From a virus (lineage: Duplodnaviria > Caudoviricetes), in the IMG/VR virus record IMGVR_UViG_3300045953_000088, positions 1 to 53,620 of that record: a DNA stretch of 53,620 bases; one strand, 5' to 3'. This document shows positions 17,496-26,989 of the stretch, piece by piece (the stretch's first letter is position 1; the number at the start of each line of letters is the position of its first letter). The notes under the pieces are model-generated. The model ran no database searches. It saw only the letters and a list, made by a program, of their open reading frames with translations, and was not told the DNA's origin. A program made the translations under genes and the position numbers.

Positions 17496-18370
17496 ACCTT
17501 CTGCAGTTCCACCGTCGTCGGCTTGTACCCCGCCGCCTCGATCTTCACCGCCAACGTGCCCACCGGCGGCGCCGGGGTTGGCGGCGGAGGCACCGGTGTC
17601 TGCGCCGCGCCGTACAATTGACGGATTCTCGGAATGTCGTCGTTGGCTTGCGGGCTGATGATGATTGCCGAATAAAACGGGGCCATCAACGCCGACGACG
17701 TTCGCGAGTGGTCAAGCCCCAAGAGATGGCCGAACTCGTGACAGGCGACGTTGCGAAACAGGATTCCGCCTTGCGGGTTTCCAGCCACCCAACGCTCATC
17801 AATGTCGAACCTCATGAGCAATTGCTGGTCTGAGCCGTTTGGCAAGAATGCCCACGCCAACGTCCCACCGCCTCCGTCCATGCCTTGCGAGGGCCCGCGC
17901 CCAGTCGAAATCACAATGTCAGCCCCTTGCTGGCTCATGACTGGTGTCAACACCACGTCAGCCGCGGCCTGCCAGTCATTCCACGCGAGGCGAATCAAGT
18001 CGTCCTGGTCCGATTGGCTGATCCCTCTGACATAAGCCGCGACGAAATACGTGAGCCGATTCTTGCGCCAGCGAGCTTCCTCGATCGACACGAGAGAACG
18101 CTGCGCATCGGTACAGCCGCACCGTGGCTCGGTCATCTTGGCGAGAGTTTGCACGTCGATTTCGCCGTTCGCGTTGACGCCGGCGATCGACTGGAACAAC
18201 GCCAGTGCTCGCTTGATGTGCTCGATGCGTTCGTGGATGGTGATGCCGACGGCGAGAAATCGCGGATCGATGTAGCCGTAGTGCGTGAGGTATTCCGCCA
18301 CGCGCTTGACTTCGGGGAGATGGCGGCCGAATGCGCCGGCCAGTGCGATGAGGGTCGAGAGGTCGAACAT
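17492..18370 (-). CDS. Matrixin (M10A, MMP-like) metalloprotease with PG-binding-like prodomain
   Basis: YLTHYGYI..ALALFQSIAG..GEID prodomain, cysteine switch PRCGCTD, HEFGHLLGLDHS, ALMAPFY Met-turn. Confidence 0.9.
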   Translation of the reverse strand: MFDLSTLIALAGAFGRHLPEVKRVAEYLTHYGYIDPRFLAVGITIHERIEHIKRALALFQSIAGVNANGEIDVQTLAKMTEPRCGCTDAQRSLVSIEEARWRKNRLTYFVAAYVRGISQSDQDDLIRLAWNDWQAAADVVLTPVMSQQGADIVISTGRGPSQGMDGGGGTLAWAFLPNGSDQQLLMRFDIDERWVAGNPQGGILFRNVACHEFGHLLGLDHSRTSSALMAPFYSAIIISPQANDDIPRIRQLYGAAQTPVPPPPTPAPPVGTLAVKIEAAGYKPTTVELQKV

Positions 18371-18466
18371 TGCAATTCTCGCATTGGGTGTCTATAATTC
18401 CAATGCTGAAGTGCTCAGTGGTTTTTCTTCGATATGGCCTGACAGGTCACAACTGTCAGGCTTTTT

Positions 18467-18844
18467 TCATCTCACTACCGTCCGCGTCCGCACAACCGAC
18501 CTTTGCACTTGCTGGACCTGTTGCACCTGGACGCGCTGCACAACCTGCCGTTGCACTACGACATTTTGCACAACCGGAACATGAACCGCCTGCACATGTT
18601 GGACAACTACTGGTTGAGCATACACTGGCTGCACAACTTGCTGGACAATCTGTTGCTGCACGATCGGCTGCACGGCGACGGCTTGCAACTGCACCACGGG
18701 CGCGGCGGCAACGACGAGACGTTGACGCACGACCGAGAACACGGCGGCGTTGTTGCACGAGTAGCATTGAGCGAACGACGGGGTCGCGAGAGTCGCGAGG
18801 CCAATCAGGGCAAGAGCGGCAATTCGAATCATGGGAAACTCCAT
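18467..18844 (-). CDS. Secreted Val/Gln-rich low-complexity protein
   Basis: Signal peptide, then VQ-rich repeats ending VRTRTVVR. Confidence 0.65.
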   Translation of the reverse strand: MEFPMIRIAALALIGLATLATPSFAQCYSCNNAAVFSVVRQRLVVAAAPVVQLQAVAVQPIVQQQIVQQVVQPVYAQPVVVQHVQAVHVPVVQNVVVQRQVVQRVQVQQVQQVQRSVVRTRTVVR

Positions 18845-18896
18845 TGGGTAAAAGGCGAAACAAGAATTTGAGTCTTTGAGTCAAAGACTCATAATG

Positions 18897-19469
18897 TCAT
18901 TTCAGTGTGTCCAGCCAAGCCATGACCAAACCCACGTCGGCATCCGCGAGCCCCTTGGTCCCCTTGGGCATGCGATTTGAGAACACCTCGCGTGCGATGT
19001 TCAATTTGTCCCTGTCTGTAAACTTCTCAGCGAGCTTGTCACCGTCGAACAGTACAAACCCATTGCCTTTCTGAAACGCCTTGTCGCTGTTGTGGCAACT
19101 CGCGCAGTTCTTGCGAAGGATACCGACGCCTGGATGCTCCTCGACGGCAAGCTTCTTTGGCGGCGCTTGCAATTTCTCCGGCTGTTGCAATTGCAGCTTG
19201 AGCATTTCGAAATCGTTGCGGAGTTTTTGCAGCTCGATTTCCGCGCGAAGGCGTTGCAGTTCACCTTGCGTGTTGTCAGCGTAAGCGACTGAATAAGCTG
19301 GAATCGCAACCGGCACGAATACCGCCTGCACAATTGGAGCGACGTAATCGTAGTGCTGCACGGCGGCGGCTTGATGGACGACACGTTGACGGACGACGCA
19401 GCCGCTGCCGTCGGCGACTGGCGCGATGGTGATGAGGGCGAGCAAGGAAAGGCAGACAAGAAAACGCAT
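18897..19469 (-). CDS. Exported c-type cytochrome-like protein
   Basis: Signal peptide, coiled coil, CASCH, distal RMP and W-terminated helix. Confidence 0.8.
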   Translation of the reverse strand: MRFLVCLSLLALITIAPVADGSGCVVRQRVVHQAAAVQHYDYVAPIVQAVFVPVAIPAYSVAYADNTQGELQRLRAEIELQKLRNDFEMLKLQLQQPEKLQAPPKKLAVEEHPGVGILRKNCASCHNSDKAFQKGNGFVLFDGDKLAEKFTDRDKLNIAREVFSNRMPKGTKGLADADVGLVMAWLDTLK

Positions 19470-19478
19470 GATGAACTC

Positions 19479-20945
19479 CTATTGTTGGTGTCCTTTGAGG
19501 ATCAACTGAGCCGCGCCGTAAGAATCTTCCCACACTCGCACCGGCACCCGATTTAATCGCGGATTCTGAAGTAGCATCGACGACAAGACGGTATCGCCGC
19601 TCCCACTCCGCACGCTCGCGTCCAGTGCCTTCCACCATCGTTCCACCGAAACGCCAAGGTCCGCTGCGGCCTCGGCAAGCCCGATCTTGGCATCCTCGTA
19701 TCGCTCCCACTCGGCTGCGTAAGCGGCGGCGAATTCCTTTGGCTCCCAGCCGCCCGTAATCTCGCGAACGGCATTCGCGAACACGGCGCGGTCTTTCTCG
19801 ATGAACGGCTCGAGTTTTCTCGCGTACTGCCGGCGCAACTCACGCACGCGGTCAAAATCCGGCGAACGCAATTGCAACGGCGGTGTCAACAGGTTCCGCA
19901 CCCAGCCGTCGAGGTCCTGCAAACCTCCATTCGCATGACACCGAATGCACGAGACATTGACATGCACGCGGCGATCGTTGCTCTTGCTCATGCCGTCGCT
20001 GGCGATATTGTCTGGTGCGCTCGCCTGCACTTTGCCTTGGCGGTCGAACAAACCAGTTGCCCACAGTCCATTGGGCAGGTGTCCGAATTGCTCGCTCGCG
20101 TCGTATTCCTTGTCGATTTCCCGACCGAGCACACGCAACGGATTCTTGTTGCCCTTCACCTGGCCAATGTCAAGCGTCTTCCAGAGTGAGCCTGTCACGG
20201 TGCCAAGCCGCACGATTGCTCGAGGATGGAGCGTCACACCACTATCGGCAACTGCCTCGCGGAGCTCGGCCCCGAGATCCTCGGCACGCTTGACGTCGGC
20301 GCCGATCGCCTTCTGGAACGTCGCCTCATCCTTGACACCGAGAAAATCGTAATAGTTCGGCGATCGATCCGCGGCAGCGGCCGTCTGATTGAACCACCAG
20401 GCCGCATGAACGACTGGCGCCTTGCTCCCCGTCCATTGCACGACTTCGGCAAGCCGCTTTTGTGCCGCGGCCGTGTCGCTCAGCCACGGGGCCAGGGCTT
20501 GGCTCCGAACGGTTTTCTTGTACCTGAACGCACCTTGCGGATAGTAACGTCCATCATCGCGCCACGTTCCACCTTCCCACGGCGTTTCTACTGTCGTCTC
20601 GACCATCGCCGTGAAATACGGGTCGAGCAATTTTTCCCACGTTGCCTTGTCCCATCGGTAATCGCGAAGGTCGATCCTCACGAGCGAGCCTTGCGTGCCT
20701 GGGACGATCGCGACAGGCGTCAGGTCAGGCTCGCGGCTCAGGGCGTTGCAATGGGCGTTGAGAACACGGATGAAACGCTCGCGTTCTTTCGCCGGCGTCG
20801 CGTACAAGCTCAGGTATCGCAGCCTGGTCTTGTCGCCGGCGATCTTCGCCAGGTCTGCATGCGCGGCTGCAATCGCATCGGACGGGGACAACGAGCCCTG
20901 TCCCTGACCTATGGCGAGCAATACGAATGTGGAGAGGGAAACCAA
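19479..20945 (-). CDS. Exported protein with a single CxxCH haem-binding motif
   Basis: GGAGG plus TTG start, N-terminal hydrophobic segment, VSCIRCH. Confidence 0.7.
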   Translation of the reverse strand: MVSLSTFVLLAIGQGQGSLSPSDAIAAAHADLAKIAGDKTRLRYLSLYATPAKERERFIRVLNAHCNALSREPDLTPVAIVPGTQGSLVRIDLRDYRWDKATWEKLLDPYFTAMVETTVETPWEGGTWRDDGRYYPQGAFRYKKTVRSQALAPWLSDTAAAQKRLAEVVQWTGSKAPVVHAAWWFNQTAAAADRSPNYYDFLGVKDEATFQKAIGADVKRAEDLGAELREAVADSGVTLHPRAIVRLGTVTGSLWKTLDIGQVKGNKNPLRVLGREIDKEYDASEQFGHLPNGLWATGLFDRQGKVQASAPDNIASDGMSKSNDRRVHVNVSCIRCHANGGLQDLDGWVRNLLTPPLQLRSPDFDRVRELRRQYARKLEPFIEKDRAVFANAVREITGGWEPKEFAAAYAAEWERYEDAKIGLAEAAADLGVSVERWWKALDASVRSGSGDTVLSSMLLQNPRLNRVPVRVWEDSYGAAQLILKGHQQ

Positions 20946-21130
20946 ATAAGCCTCCGTTGCTTACACGCCGTCAAAATGCTTCGCATATCGCGGCCAATAA
21001 ACCGCGTCCCAAATCGTCTCGCCAGTTCGCAACAGAACTTCCGCCAAGAGCAAGGGACAGGCGAGAGCGATGTCGAGCGTCTTGTTCACGGATGAGGTCA
21101 ACCCTTACTTTGGTTTTCCGATTTCCCCGA

Positions 21131-21159
21131 TTCACGATTGGCAAACGGCAATTTACAAT
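21131..21159 (+). promoter_or_regulatory. Sigma70-like promoter for the antisense peptide gene
   Basis: TTCACG-N17-TACAAT, followed by an AAGGAGG RBS. Confidence 0.55.
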
Positions 21160-21180
21160 TCCCACCAAAAGGAGGTTGCC

Positions 21181-21288
21181 ATGCAACAGCACATCCAGCA
21201 ATCAGTCCCCGCTACTTGGTGGACCTGGGAGCGCGTCCTTGCTATCGTCGTTTTCTTTCTGTTCGCCTTTGTCGTCTCGAACTACTAA
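21181..21288 (+). CDS. 35-aa single-TM peptide antisense to the holin 3' end
   Basis: MQQHIQQSVPATWWTWERVLAIVVFFLFAFVVSNY with a strong RBS. Confidence 0.55.
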   Translation: MQQHIQQSVPATWWTWERVLAIVVFFLFAFVVSNY

Positions 21289-21621
21289 TTGCTCCGGCCA
21301 ACCTATCGCCCTCTTTCCTGCTCGAATCAGCATCTTTCCCAACGCCGCTGCGCCCTCTTGCTCCGTCGCGTGAACCACCGTCTTGCACGCCAAGAACCCA
21401 ATGAGTCCGATTGCAAAAGCTGTCGCGTGAATCTCATGCTTGTCCGTCCAGTCCCGCCAGGCACAAACGAACGGCGTGAGCCAGAAGGACGCCATCGAGC
21501 CGATGCTCAACGTTCCGGCGCTGCGCCAGAACGACTTCCGATCCGGGCGGATGAAGGCGAACACGAACGCGCCGGCGGCGCCAGCCAGGAACATTGTTAG
21601 CTCTTGCGGTAATCCGTCCAT
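21202..21621 (-). CDS. Putative holin
   Basis: Three hydrophobic segments (AGAAGAFVF, GSMASFWLTP, AFAIGLIG), charged C-terminus, position after the tail genes. Confidence 0.65.
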   Translation of the reverse strand: MDGLPQELTMFLAGAAGAFVFAFIRPDRKSFWRSAGTLSIGSMASFWLTPFVCAWRDWTDKHEIHATAFAIGLIGFLACKTVVHATEQEGAAALGKMLIRAGKRAIGWPEQLVVRDDKGEQKENDDSKDALPGPPSSGD

Positions 21622-21630
21622 GAGGGCTTG

Positions 21631-21738
21631 TTACCGTAGTATGTCGTTGATGAGTGCTGCAAGTGCAGCCGACGCCGTGAGCAACGCGGCGATGCGTTGC
21701 CAGCACCAAAAGCAAACTTCTTCGCGGCCCCTTTCCAT
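21631..21738 (-). CDS. Small hydrophobic peptide (35 aa)
   Basis: GAGGAG RBS; MERGREEVCFWCWQRIAALLTASAALAALINDILR. Confidence 0.4.
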   Translation of the reverse strand: MERGREEVCFWCWQRIAALLTASAALAALINDILR

Positions 21739-21817
21739 CGTTGGCTTGCTCCTCTTGAGTTTTTCCCCGGTTTAGTAAGTGCCCTCGTCTCTGGTCAACA
21801 GTTCGTAAACCATGTCC

Positions 21818-22186
21818 TCAGTCGCGTAGGATTTCGTTCGTGCTGGCGTCTTCAACATTCTTGACAACTTCAAACTGAACGGGCTCGCCCCAAAGTTTGT
21901 TGCCGCTCAAGTCAGTGCAATAAAACTGGTACATCCAAGTTCCAATAGCCGTGAACGTGTGGGACGACACTTTAACGGTGCCGTCTGCCGCAACAACAAT
22001 CGAACCTGTTAGCACGTCGGCTACGGAGTAAGAAGTGCCGCCGAGTTTTAGTTCACACTTAACCTCGTTGACTGAGAAATCAGTTAGCAAATTGATCGGC
22101 AAATTGGTCACCGCATCGCGAAACGCGTAAGGACCGATCGTCACCGGCATGTTTACGCGAACAGGATAATCAAATTTCACTGTCAT
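21818..22186 (-). CDS. Ig-like / BppU-like tail-associated protein
   Basis: Beta-rich sequence, GTWMYQF motif, position at the end of the tail genes. Confidence 0.55.
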   Translation of the reverse strand: MTVKFDYPVRVNMPVTIGPYAFRDAVTNLPINLLTDFSVNEVKCELKLGGTSYSVADVLTGSIVVAADGTVKVSSHTFTAIGTWMYQFYCTDLSGNKLWGEPVQFEVVKNVEDASTNEILRD

Positions 22187-24117
22187 ACGCCGACCTCGAT
22201 TGAGCGAACTGTGTCGCCCGCCGATATGAGCGATGGGACGGTGTTCCCGTTGGCAGAAATCCCCATGGTAGTAAAGCCGACAGCACTAATAAGGAACCGC
22301 GGCGTGCCAGCGACAGCCAAGATCGGGTCCACGCCGGTCAGTGAGTAGGTCCCAGCTTCTGTAGTCAGAATGTAAATTCGAGAGAAGGTCAAATCGTTTC
22401 CGGTCTGGCTGTAGACGCCAGCGTCGATCGACATCGACTTGCCGCGAGACATCGAAGGATCAATGCCAGTGAGCGCGTACGTCCCAATGTCCGGTGAAAC
22501 TACTTGGCCGCGCAGTAACATCGGATCAACACCTGACAGAGCATAGTTGCCAGCGTCTGTCGCCATTACGGCCGCTCGCTGTAAAGCTGGATCGATCCCG
22601 GACAATGTGTAGGCGCCGACATCCACTGCAAGAACACAACCACGCGACAGCGCTGGATCAACTCCAACCATGGTGTAATTGCCAATGTCGGTAGCTACGG
22701 CTCGGTTGAATTCGAGGGAAGGATTGGCACCGGTGAGCGTGTAACTGCCGACGTTGCAATTCAAGACGAACGCACCAGTTGGCGTGTAAATTAATTCAGG
22801 CTCAACGCCGATGACTGAGTAAGAGCCAACATCCACGGCAACGACATGTGCTTGAAGTAAGGCAGGATCGACGCCAGTGAGTGAATAAGCTCCCACATCT
22901 GGAATGATGGTATGGCCGAACAACAACGATGGATCAATGCCAGTCACCGCATAAGAACCAACGTCTGGTGAAACTACGTGCCCATGCAAGAGTGCGGGAT
23001 CAACTCCCGATAGCGTGTATGAACCAACGTCGGGAGAGACTTTCCTGCCGAACGCAAGCGAAGGCTCAACGCCAGACAGCGCATAAACGCCGGCGTCTAT
23101 GTCCATCGTGATGCCGCCGGTGTCGTGAATGAAATCGCCGTAGATGCGACCTGGCACCGCCATCGGCATCATGTCGGTGATAGGTCCAGGTGCAGGTCGA
23201 GGCGTGCCTCCCTCGCTCATGTCCACGTCGATGCCGGTGAGCGTGTAACTTCCAACGGCGAGGACAATTTGTAGTGCTTTCAAAAACGTAGGTTCGACAC
23301 CAGTTAGAGAGTAACTTCCTACATCTGGATCGGTTTTGTAGCCGTGAACGAAGGTAGGATCGACGCCGATTAACGTGTAGCTCCCAACATCCGAATCAGT
23401 TCTGTGACCAAATTGCAAGGATGGTTGAACGCCACTGACAGCGTAACTTCCGACATCGATGTCGAGACGATAATCCTGGAAAATGTCTGTAGAGAATTCA
23501 ATCCACGGATTATTCGCGGCGGTAACGGTCTCGTTCTCAGCGATGTCCGTACCACTGTTGCTTCCCATCGAAAGCGAACCTGTTACGGACGAGCCGCCCG
23601 CACCGCTGACCTGGCCGCCCAACTCGACTACAAGGTAATCTCCGGCAACCGTGGTGTAAGTTGATCCGTGGCTGGCCATCGTGTCGCCGTCGCCAAAGGT
23701 CTTGCTCGTCAGCGTGCCATTTACCCATTCCGTAGTGTTCGGTCCATAGTGCCCAAGCGACTTGAGCGTTGCTTGAAGCGTGGTGCCGTTGTAAATCTTG
23801 ATCGCAATAGGCTGCCGGTTGAGGTTGTCGTTCGTCGCGCTCTCCATGCAACGTATGTAACACTTGAAAGTCGCCGTGGTCAGGAACTGCGTGCCGACTT
23901 TGATGAAAGGTCCGCTAAACTGCACTGCAAGCGCCGTCGCGTCAGCGGCCGGGTTCGTGTTTCCGAAAATGGTCAGACTCGACATGGCCGTGCCGTCTTT
24001 GGTCGTGCGCATAATGCGACGCACGCCGTCCGAGTTCCGCGTCCAACCACCGTCGAACGACGGCGAGTTGGGCGGAGCGGTTGTGGACGACGTAAAGTAG
24101 TAGCGCGTGACCATCAC
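22183..24117 (-). CDS. Tail fibre-like protein with ~29-aa repeats
   Basis: About a dozen DVGSY(T/S)L(T/S)GVDP repeats. Confidence 0.7.
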   Translation of the reverse strand: MMVTRYYFTSSTTAPPNSPSFDGGWTRNSDGVRRIMRTTKDGTAMSSLTIFGNTNPAADATALAVQFSGPFIKVGTQFLTTATFKCYIRCMESATNDNLNRQPIAIKIYNGTTLQATLKSLGHYGPNTTEWVNGTLTSKTFGDGDTMASHGSTYTTVAGDYLVVELGGQVSGAGGSSVTGSLSMGSNSGTDIAENETVTAANNPWIEFSTDIFQDYRLDIDVGSYAVSGVQPSLQFGHRTDSDVGSYTLIGVDPTFVHGYKTDPDVGSYSLTGVEPTFLKALQIVLAVGSYTLTGIDVDMSEGGTPRPAPGPITDMMPMAVPGRIYGDFIHDTGGITMDIDAGVYALSGVEPSLAFGRKVSPDVGSYTLSGVDPALLHGHVVSPDVGSYAVTGIDPSLLFGHTIIPDVGAYSLTGVDPALLQAHVVAVDVGSYSVIGVEPELIYTPTGAFVLNCNVGSYTLTGANPSLEFNRAVATDIGNYTMVGVDPALSRGCVLAVDVGAYTLSGIDPALQRAAVMATDAGNYALSGVDPMLLRGQVVSPDIGTYALTGIDPSMSRGKSMSIDAGVYSQTGNDLTFSRIYILTTEAGTYSLTGVDPILAVAGTPRFLISAVGFTTMGISANGNTVPSLISAGDTVRSIEVGV

Positions 24118-24413
24118 TCTTTCTTGCCGCCGACGGTTAAATTCTGACCGAGGACTCCAAGTCGACCAGGCTCGCAGGCCATGACAAAGTGCCGCTTGCC
24201 TTCGCTGTCCACTTCATACGGCGGCGCCGTTTCAAACTTGCCGCTCGCGATGATTTGAGACACAAACGAACGCCCTTCGCGCGGCTTCCCCGTTTCTGTC
24301 CAGATCACTACGCCCGTATCAACGTCGATCCATTCAACCTTGACGCGACCAGGCTCCGGGATCGATATGCGAGGGCGCAGCGTTCCTTGATACTGCTTGG
24401 CGATGTCAGCCAT
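24114..24413 (-). CDS. Hypothetical virion-region protein
   Basis: Translationally coupled ORF. Confidence 0.55.
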   Translation of the reverse strand: MADIAKQYQGTLRPRISIPEPGRVKVEWIDVDTGVVIWTETGKPREGRSFVSQIIASGKFETAPPYEVDSEGKRHFVMACEPGRLGVLGQNLTVGGKKE

Positions 24414-24429
24414 GCTTCACGCAGTCCTT

Positions 24430-24729
24430 TCATTTGGGAGCGATCTTGGCAATCTGCCGGTTGATTTCTGTTAGGCGCGGCCGCTCGATGGCGGTAATTT
24501 CCGTGTCGAGTGCGCGCATCTTGTCGAGGTCGGGTGCGATCTTCTCGGCCAACTTCTTGCGCTCCTCGCGAAGCGGCGCCGCCTTCGATTCGATCTCGAC
24601 TTTCTCGGCTAGAAGGTTCGCGAGGAGTTTGTCGAGCTCCGGCGTCTTGGATGCCTTAGGTTTCGAATGCAATTTGCTGGCGTCCAGCGTGCCAACATCG
24701 TCGGCGGTGATGGTCTGTTTTTCGGACAT
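24430..24729 (-). CDS. Coiled-coil hypothetical protein
   Basis: GAGG RBS; heptad-rich. Confidence 0.55.
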   Translation of the reverse strand: MSEKQTITADDVGTLDASKLHSKPKASKTPELDKLLANLLAEKVEIESKAAPLREERKKLAEKIAPDLDKMRALDTEITAIERPRLTEINRQIAKIAPK

Positions 24730-24779
24730 AGCCGTAATCCTCGGTGATGTTTGGGTGCCATCCAACACGCTCGCGTTGT

Positions 24780-25253
24780 TTACGCCAGCGTGAACAAATC
24801 AGTTGCGAAATTCAAAGTGAACGTCTCACCGTTGGCGAGCGTTACGTCCGAACCATAATCGAAATAACAAATGAGCGGATCGGCCGGCGAGGTTGGATCA
24901 TCGTTGTAAATCGCGACGTGCCGAAACGTCGCAACGGCACCCGAAGCGGTCAATATGAGGTCATCCACGGTGAGATGCACCGTTCCTGTCGTGTGCTCAG
25001 CCGTTACGCCGGTGATGACACGAGAAGAGAGGTTCGTGTAGCTGATCTGCGTCAAGTTGCCGAGGATCGAGTTCGTAGCCACCGGCGCGTTGGCATTCGT
25101 CGTGAGCGCCACCGTGAGCGTACACGTCGAGTCCGAGGTAAAATTGTGGACGCCCTTGCACAGGTCCTCAACGAACTGTTGGAATTTCGAATAAGTAACT
25201 CCAAGAATCAGCAAGGGGATAACAAATCCTAGCAACGAAAAAAACTCAAACAT
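24780..25253 (-). CDS. Phage structural (tail-associated) protein
   Basis: KFQQFVEDL...LICYFDYGSDVTLANGETFTLNF conserved phage pattern. Confidence 0.7.
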   Translation of the reverse strand: MFEFFSLLGFVIPLLILGVTYSKFQQFVEDLCKGVHNFTSDSTCTLTVALTTNANAPVATNSILGNLTQISYTNLSSRVITGVTAEHTTGTVHLTVDDLILTASGAVATFRHVAIYNDDPTSPADPLICYFDYGSDVTLANGETFTLNFATDLFTLA

Positions 25254-25833
25254 GGTTCGCTCCTTGAATAAGACTCTGCTCGCGCTTTCGCTTAAGTGCG
25301 GCTTTAATGGACTCGGAAAGTCGTTGTCTATGCAAAAGAGAATGTGGGCCCCGTTTTTTACCTTGCTTTGCGAGAGACAAAGCACGTCGGTGAGCATCAG
25401 ATTTTGGGATTCCCTTTAGTGGACTTGATTTCCCAGATTTCTTGTATTTCATCCCAACGCGCAACTTGTTGCTTTCTGATACCCTCATTTTGCCGTGCGC
25501 GGAGAGTGGTTTTCCGGTCATTCTCTTTGAAACGCTTTCGGCGAATTTTCGTCGTTGCCATCCATAAATTTTGTTGTTGTGTCTTTCCCCTTGATTCTTG
25601 TTTCCTCCAGTCATCATGAATGACGCCCAGAGCAAGCCTTCGCTGTGCGGATAAATCTTAACCAACAGCAAATGAGCCACGTAATGCTCCTCTGCTGTCA
25701 ATCGAACGATATTGGAATCGTCATCAGATCCACCGAGACATTTTGGCTGTACGTGATGTCGCTCAGAATATCCATGAAGGATTCTTGACTTTGCTCTCGC
25801 CATCAAACGGTCATAATGCGATTGATAGTTCAT
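25246..25833 (-). CDS. Free-standing HNH homing endonuclease with NUMOD3-like repeats
   Basis: ERHHVQPKCLGGSDDDSNIVRLTAEEHYVAHLLL and H..R.S repeats. Confidence 0.88.
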   Translation of the reverse strand: MNYQSHYDRLMARAKSRILHGYSERHHVQPKCLGGSDDDSNIVRLTAEEHYVAHLLLVKIYPHSEGLLWASFMMTGGNKNQGERHNNKIYGWQRRKFAESVSKRMTGKPLSAHGKMRVSESNKLRVGMKYKKSGKSSPLKGIPKSDAHRRALSLAKQGKKRGPHSLLHRQRLSESIKAALKRKREQSLIQGANHV

Positions 25834-25844
25834 GTAATTTTGTG

Positions 25845-26510
25845 TTAAACAATGACTGCCACATCTCCGCTTGCCGGAGCCTGACTTAATGCATCGGTTA
25901 ATGTTAATTCCCCGCTCCCATCGGTGCTCTCGATTCTAGCGCCCTGACCACGAAGTTCCGCTGAGGTTGTATCGCTCAAGAACAGGAGCACACGCCCGGC
26001 GAACTGGTTAACGTCAGCTTCCGACGGGTCAATTGAACTAGTGTTGATGACCGTCGTTGTGCTGCCGCTCGTTACGGTCACAAGACATATCGTCTTGCCG
26101 GAAGCGTTCAACCTCTGCGCCGCCGAACTGTACATGTCCAGGTTGACCAGCTTGAACTTCTTCGGGGTCGCTGCCGCCAGACCGGACGTGATACAGACGT
26201 AGACAACGACTTCCCACGCACCCGTCGCGAAGCAAGCGTCCGCGATGTCCAGACGGTATAGTCCAGGCGCTAAGGTACTGCTGACCTCCTTCAAACCCCA
26301 CGCATTGAAGCTCGATGTCAGCGCCGCCAGATCGTTGAGGCTGCTCGTTACGTCCGTCACAACAGCATCGTTGTCCGTCTCCATCCGGGTGTACGATGCT
26401 GTAAGATTTGCCGCCACCAGGCCCGTTTTACCGGCACCGACCGTAGAGGCCGGATCGGGGATGAAGATGAGGACGGATTTACTGGTGAAGCCGATCAGGA
26501 TTTCCTCCAC
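25845..26510 (-). CDS. Phage structural protein
   Basis: GKTGL..., PGLYRLDIADA, APASGD motifs. Confidence 0.65.
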   Translation of the reverse strand: MEEILIGFTSKSVLIFIPDPASTVGAGKTGLVAANLTASYTRMETDNDAVVTDVTSSLNDLAALTSSFNAWGLKEVSSTLAPGLYRLDIADACFATGAWEVVVYVCITSGLAAATPKKFKLVNLDMYSSAAQRLNASGKTICLVTVTSGSTTTVINTSSIDPSEADVNQFAGRVLLFLSDTTSAELRGQGARIESTDGSGELTLTDALSQAPASGDVAVIV

Positions 26511-26989
26511 TATTCGGCCCCCCCTTCGCGTTCCTTGCCAAGATATCCAATCGCCTTTGAGATTAACGCTGGATCATCGTTAAGAAAGCCGATAGCACTG
26601 TTGCACTTGTAGCACAAAAGACCTCTTACAGTTCCTGTGCAATGATCGTGGTCCACAACGAGAGAATTTCTGTAACGACCGCTGCTCACGCCATTACAAA
26701 TCGCGCATACGCCGCCTTGAGACTGCAAAATCGCCTGATACTGTTCTTCCGTTAGTCCATAAAGGTACTTGCGTTTTTTTGCCTTTTCCTTCTCCAAATC
26801 CAGCTTGCGATATTCCCTCCCTTGCTCACGACATCTTGCGCGTTGGTTTTCTATGTTGGCTGCGTACCATTCGCGTTGCCTTCGCCGTCGTTTCTCCAAG
26901 TAAATCTTCCGATCCGCCTCAGTCAACGACGCCACCCTGTCACGTTCCCTTGCGTTTTTTCGCTGGCTTTTTGTTAGGATTTCTTCCAT
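26510..26989 (-). CDS. Endonuclease VII-family homing endonuclease
   Basis: YGLTEEQY...QGGVCAIC...VDHDHCTGTVRGLLCYKCNSAIG. Confidence 0.9.
   Translation of the reverse strand: MEEILTKSQRKNARERDRVASLTEADRKIYLEKRRRRQREWYAANIENQRARCREQGREYRKLDLEKEKAKKRKYLYGLTEEQYQAILQSQGGVCAICNGVSSGRYRNSLVVDHDHCTGTVRGLLCYKCNSAIGFLNDDPALISKAIGYLGKEREGGAE

Noticed and set aside
25246-26989. Group I introns around the two homing endonucleases
   Set aside because: Flanking genes are intact and the endonuclease ORFs abut them, leaving no room for an intron core.
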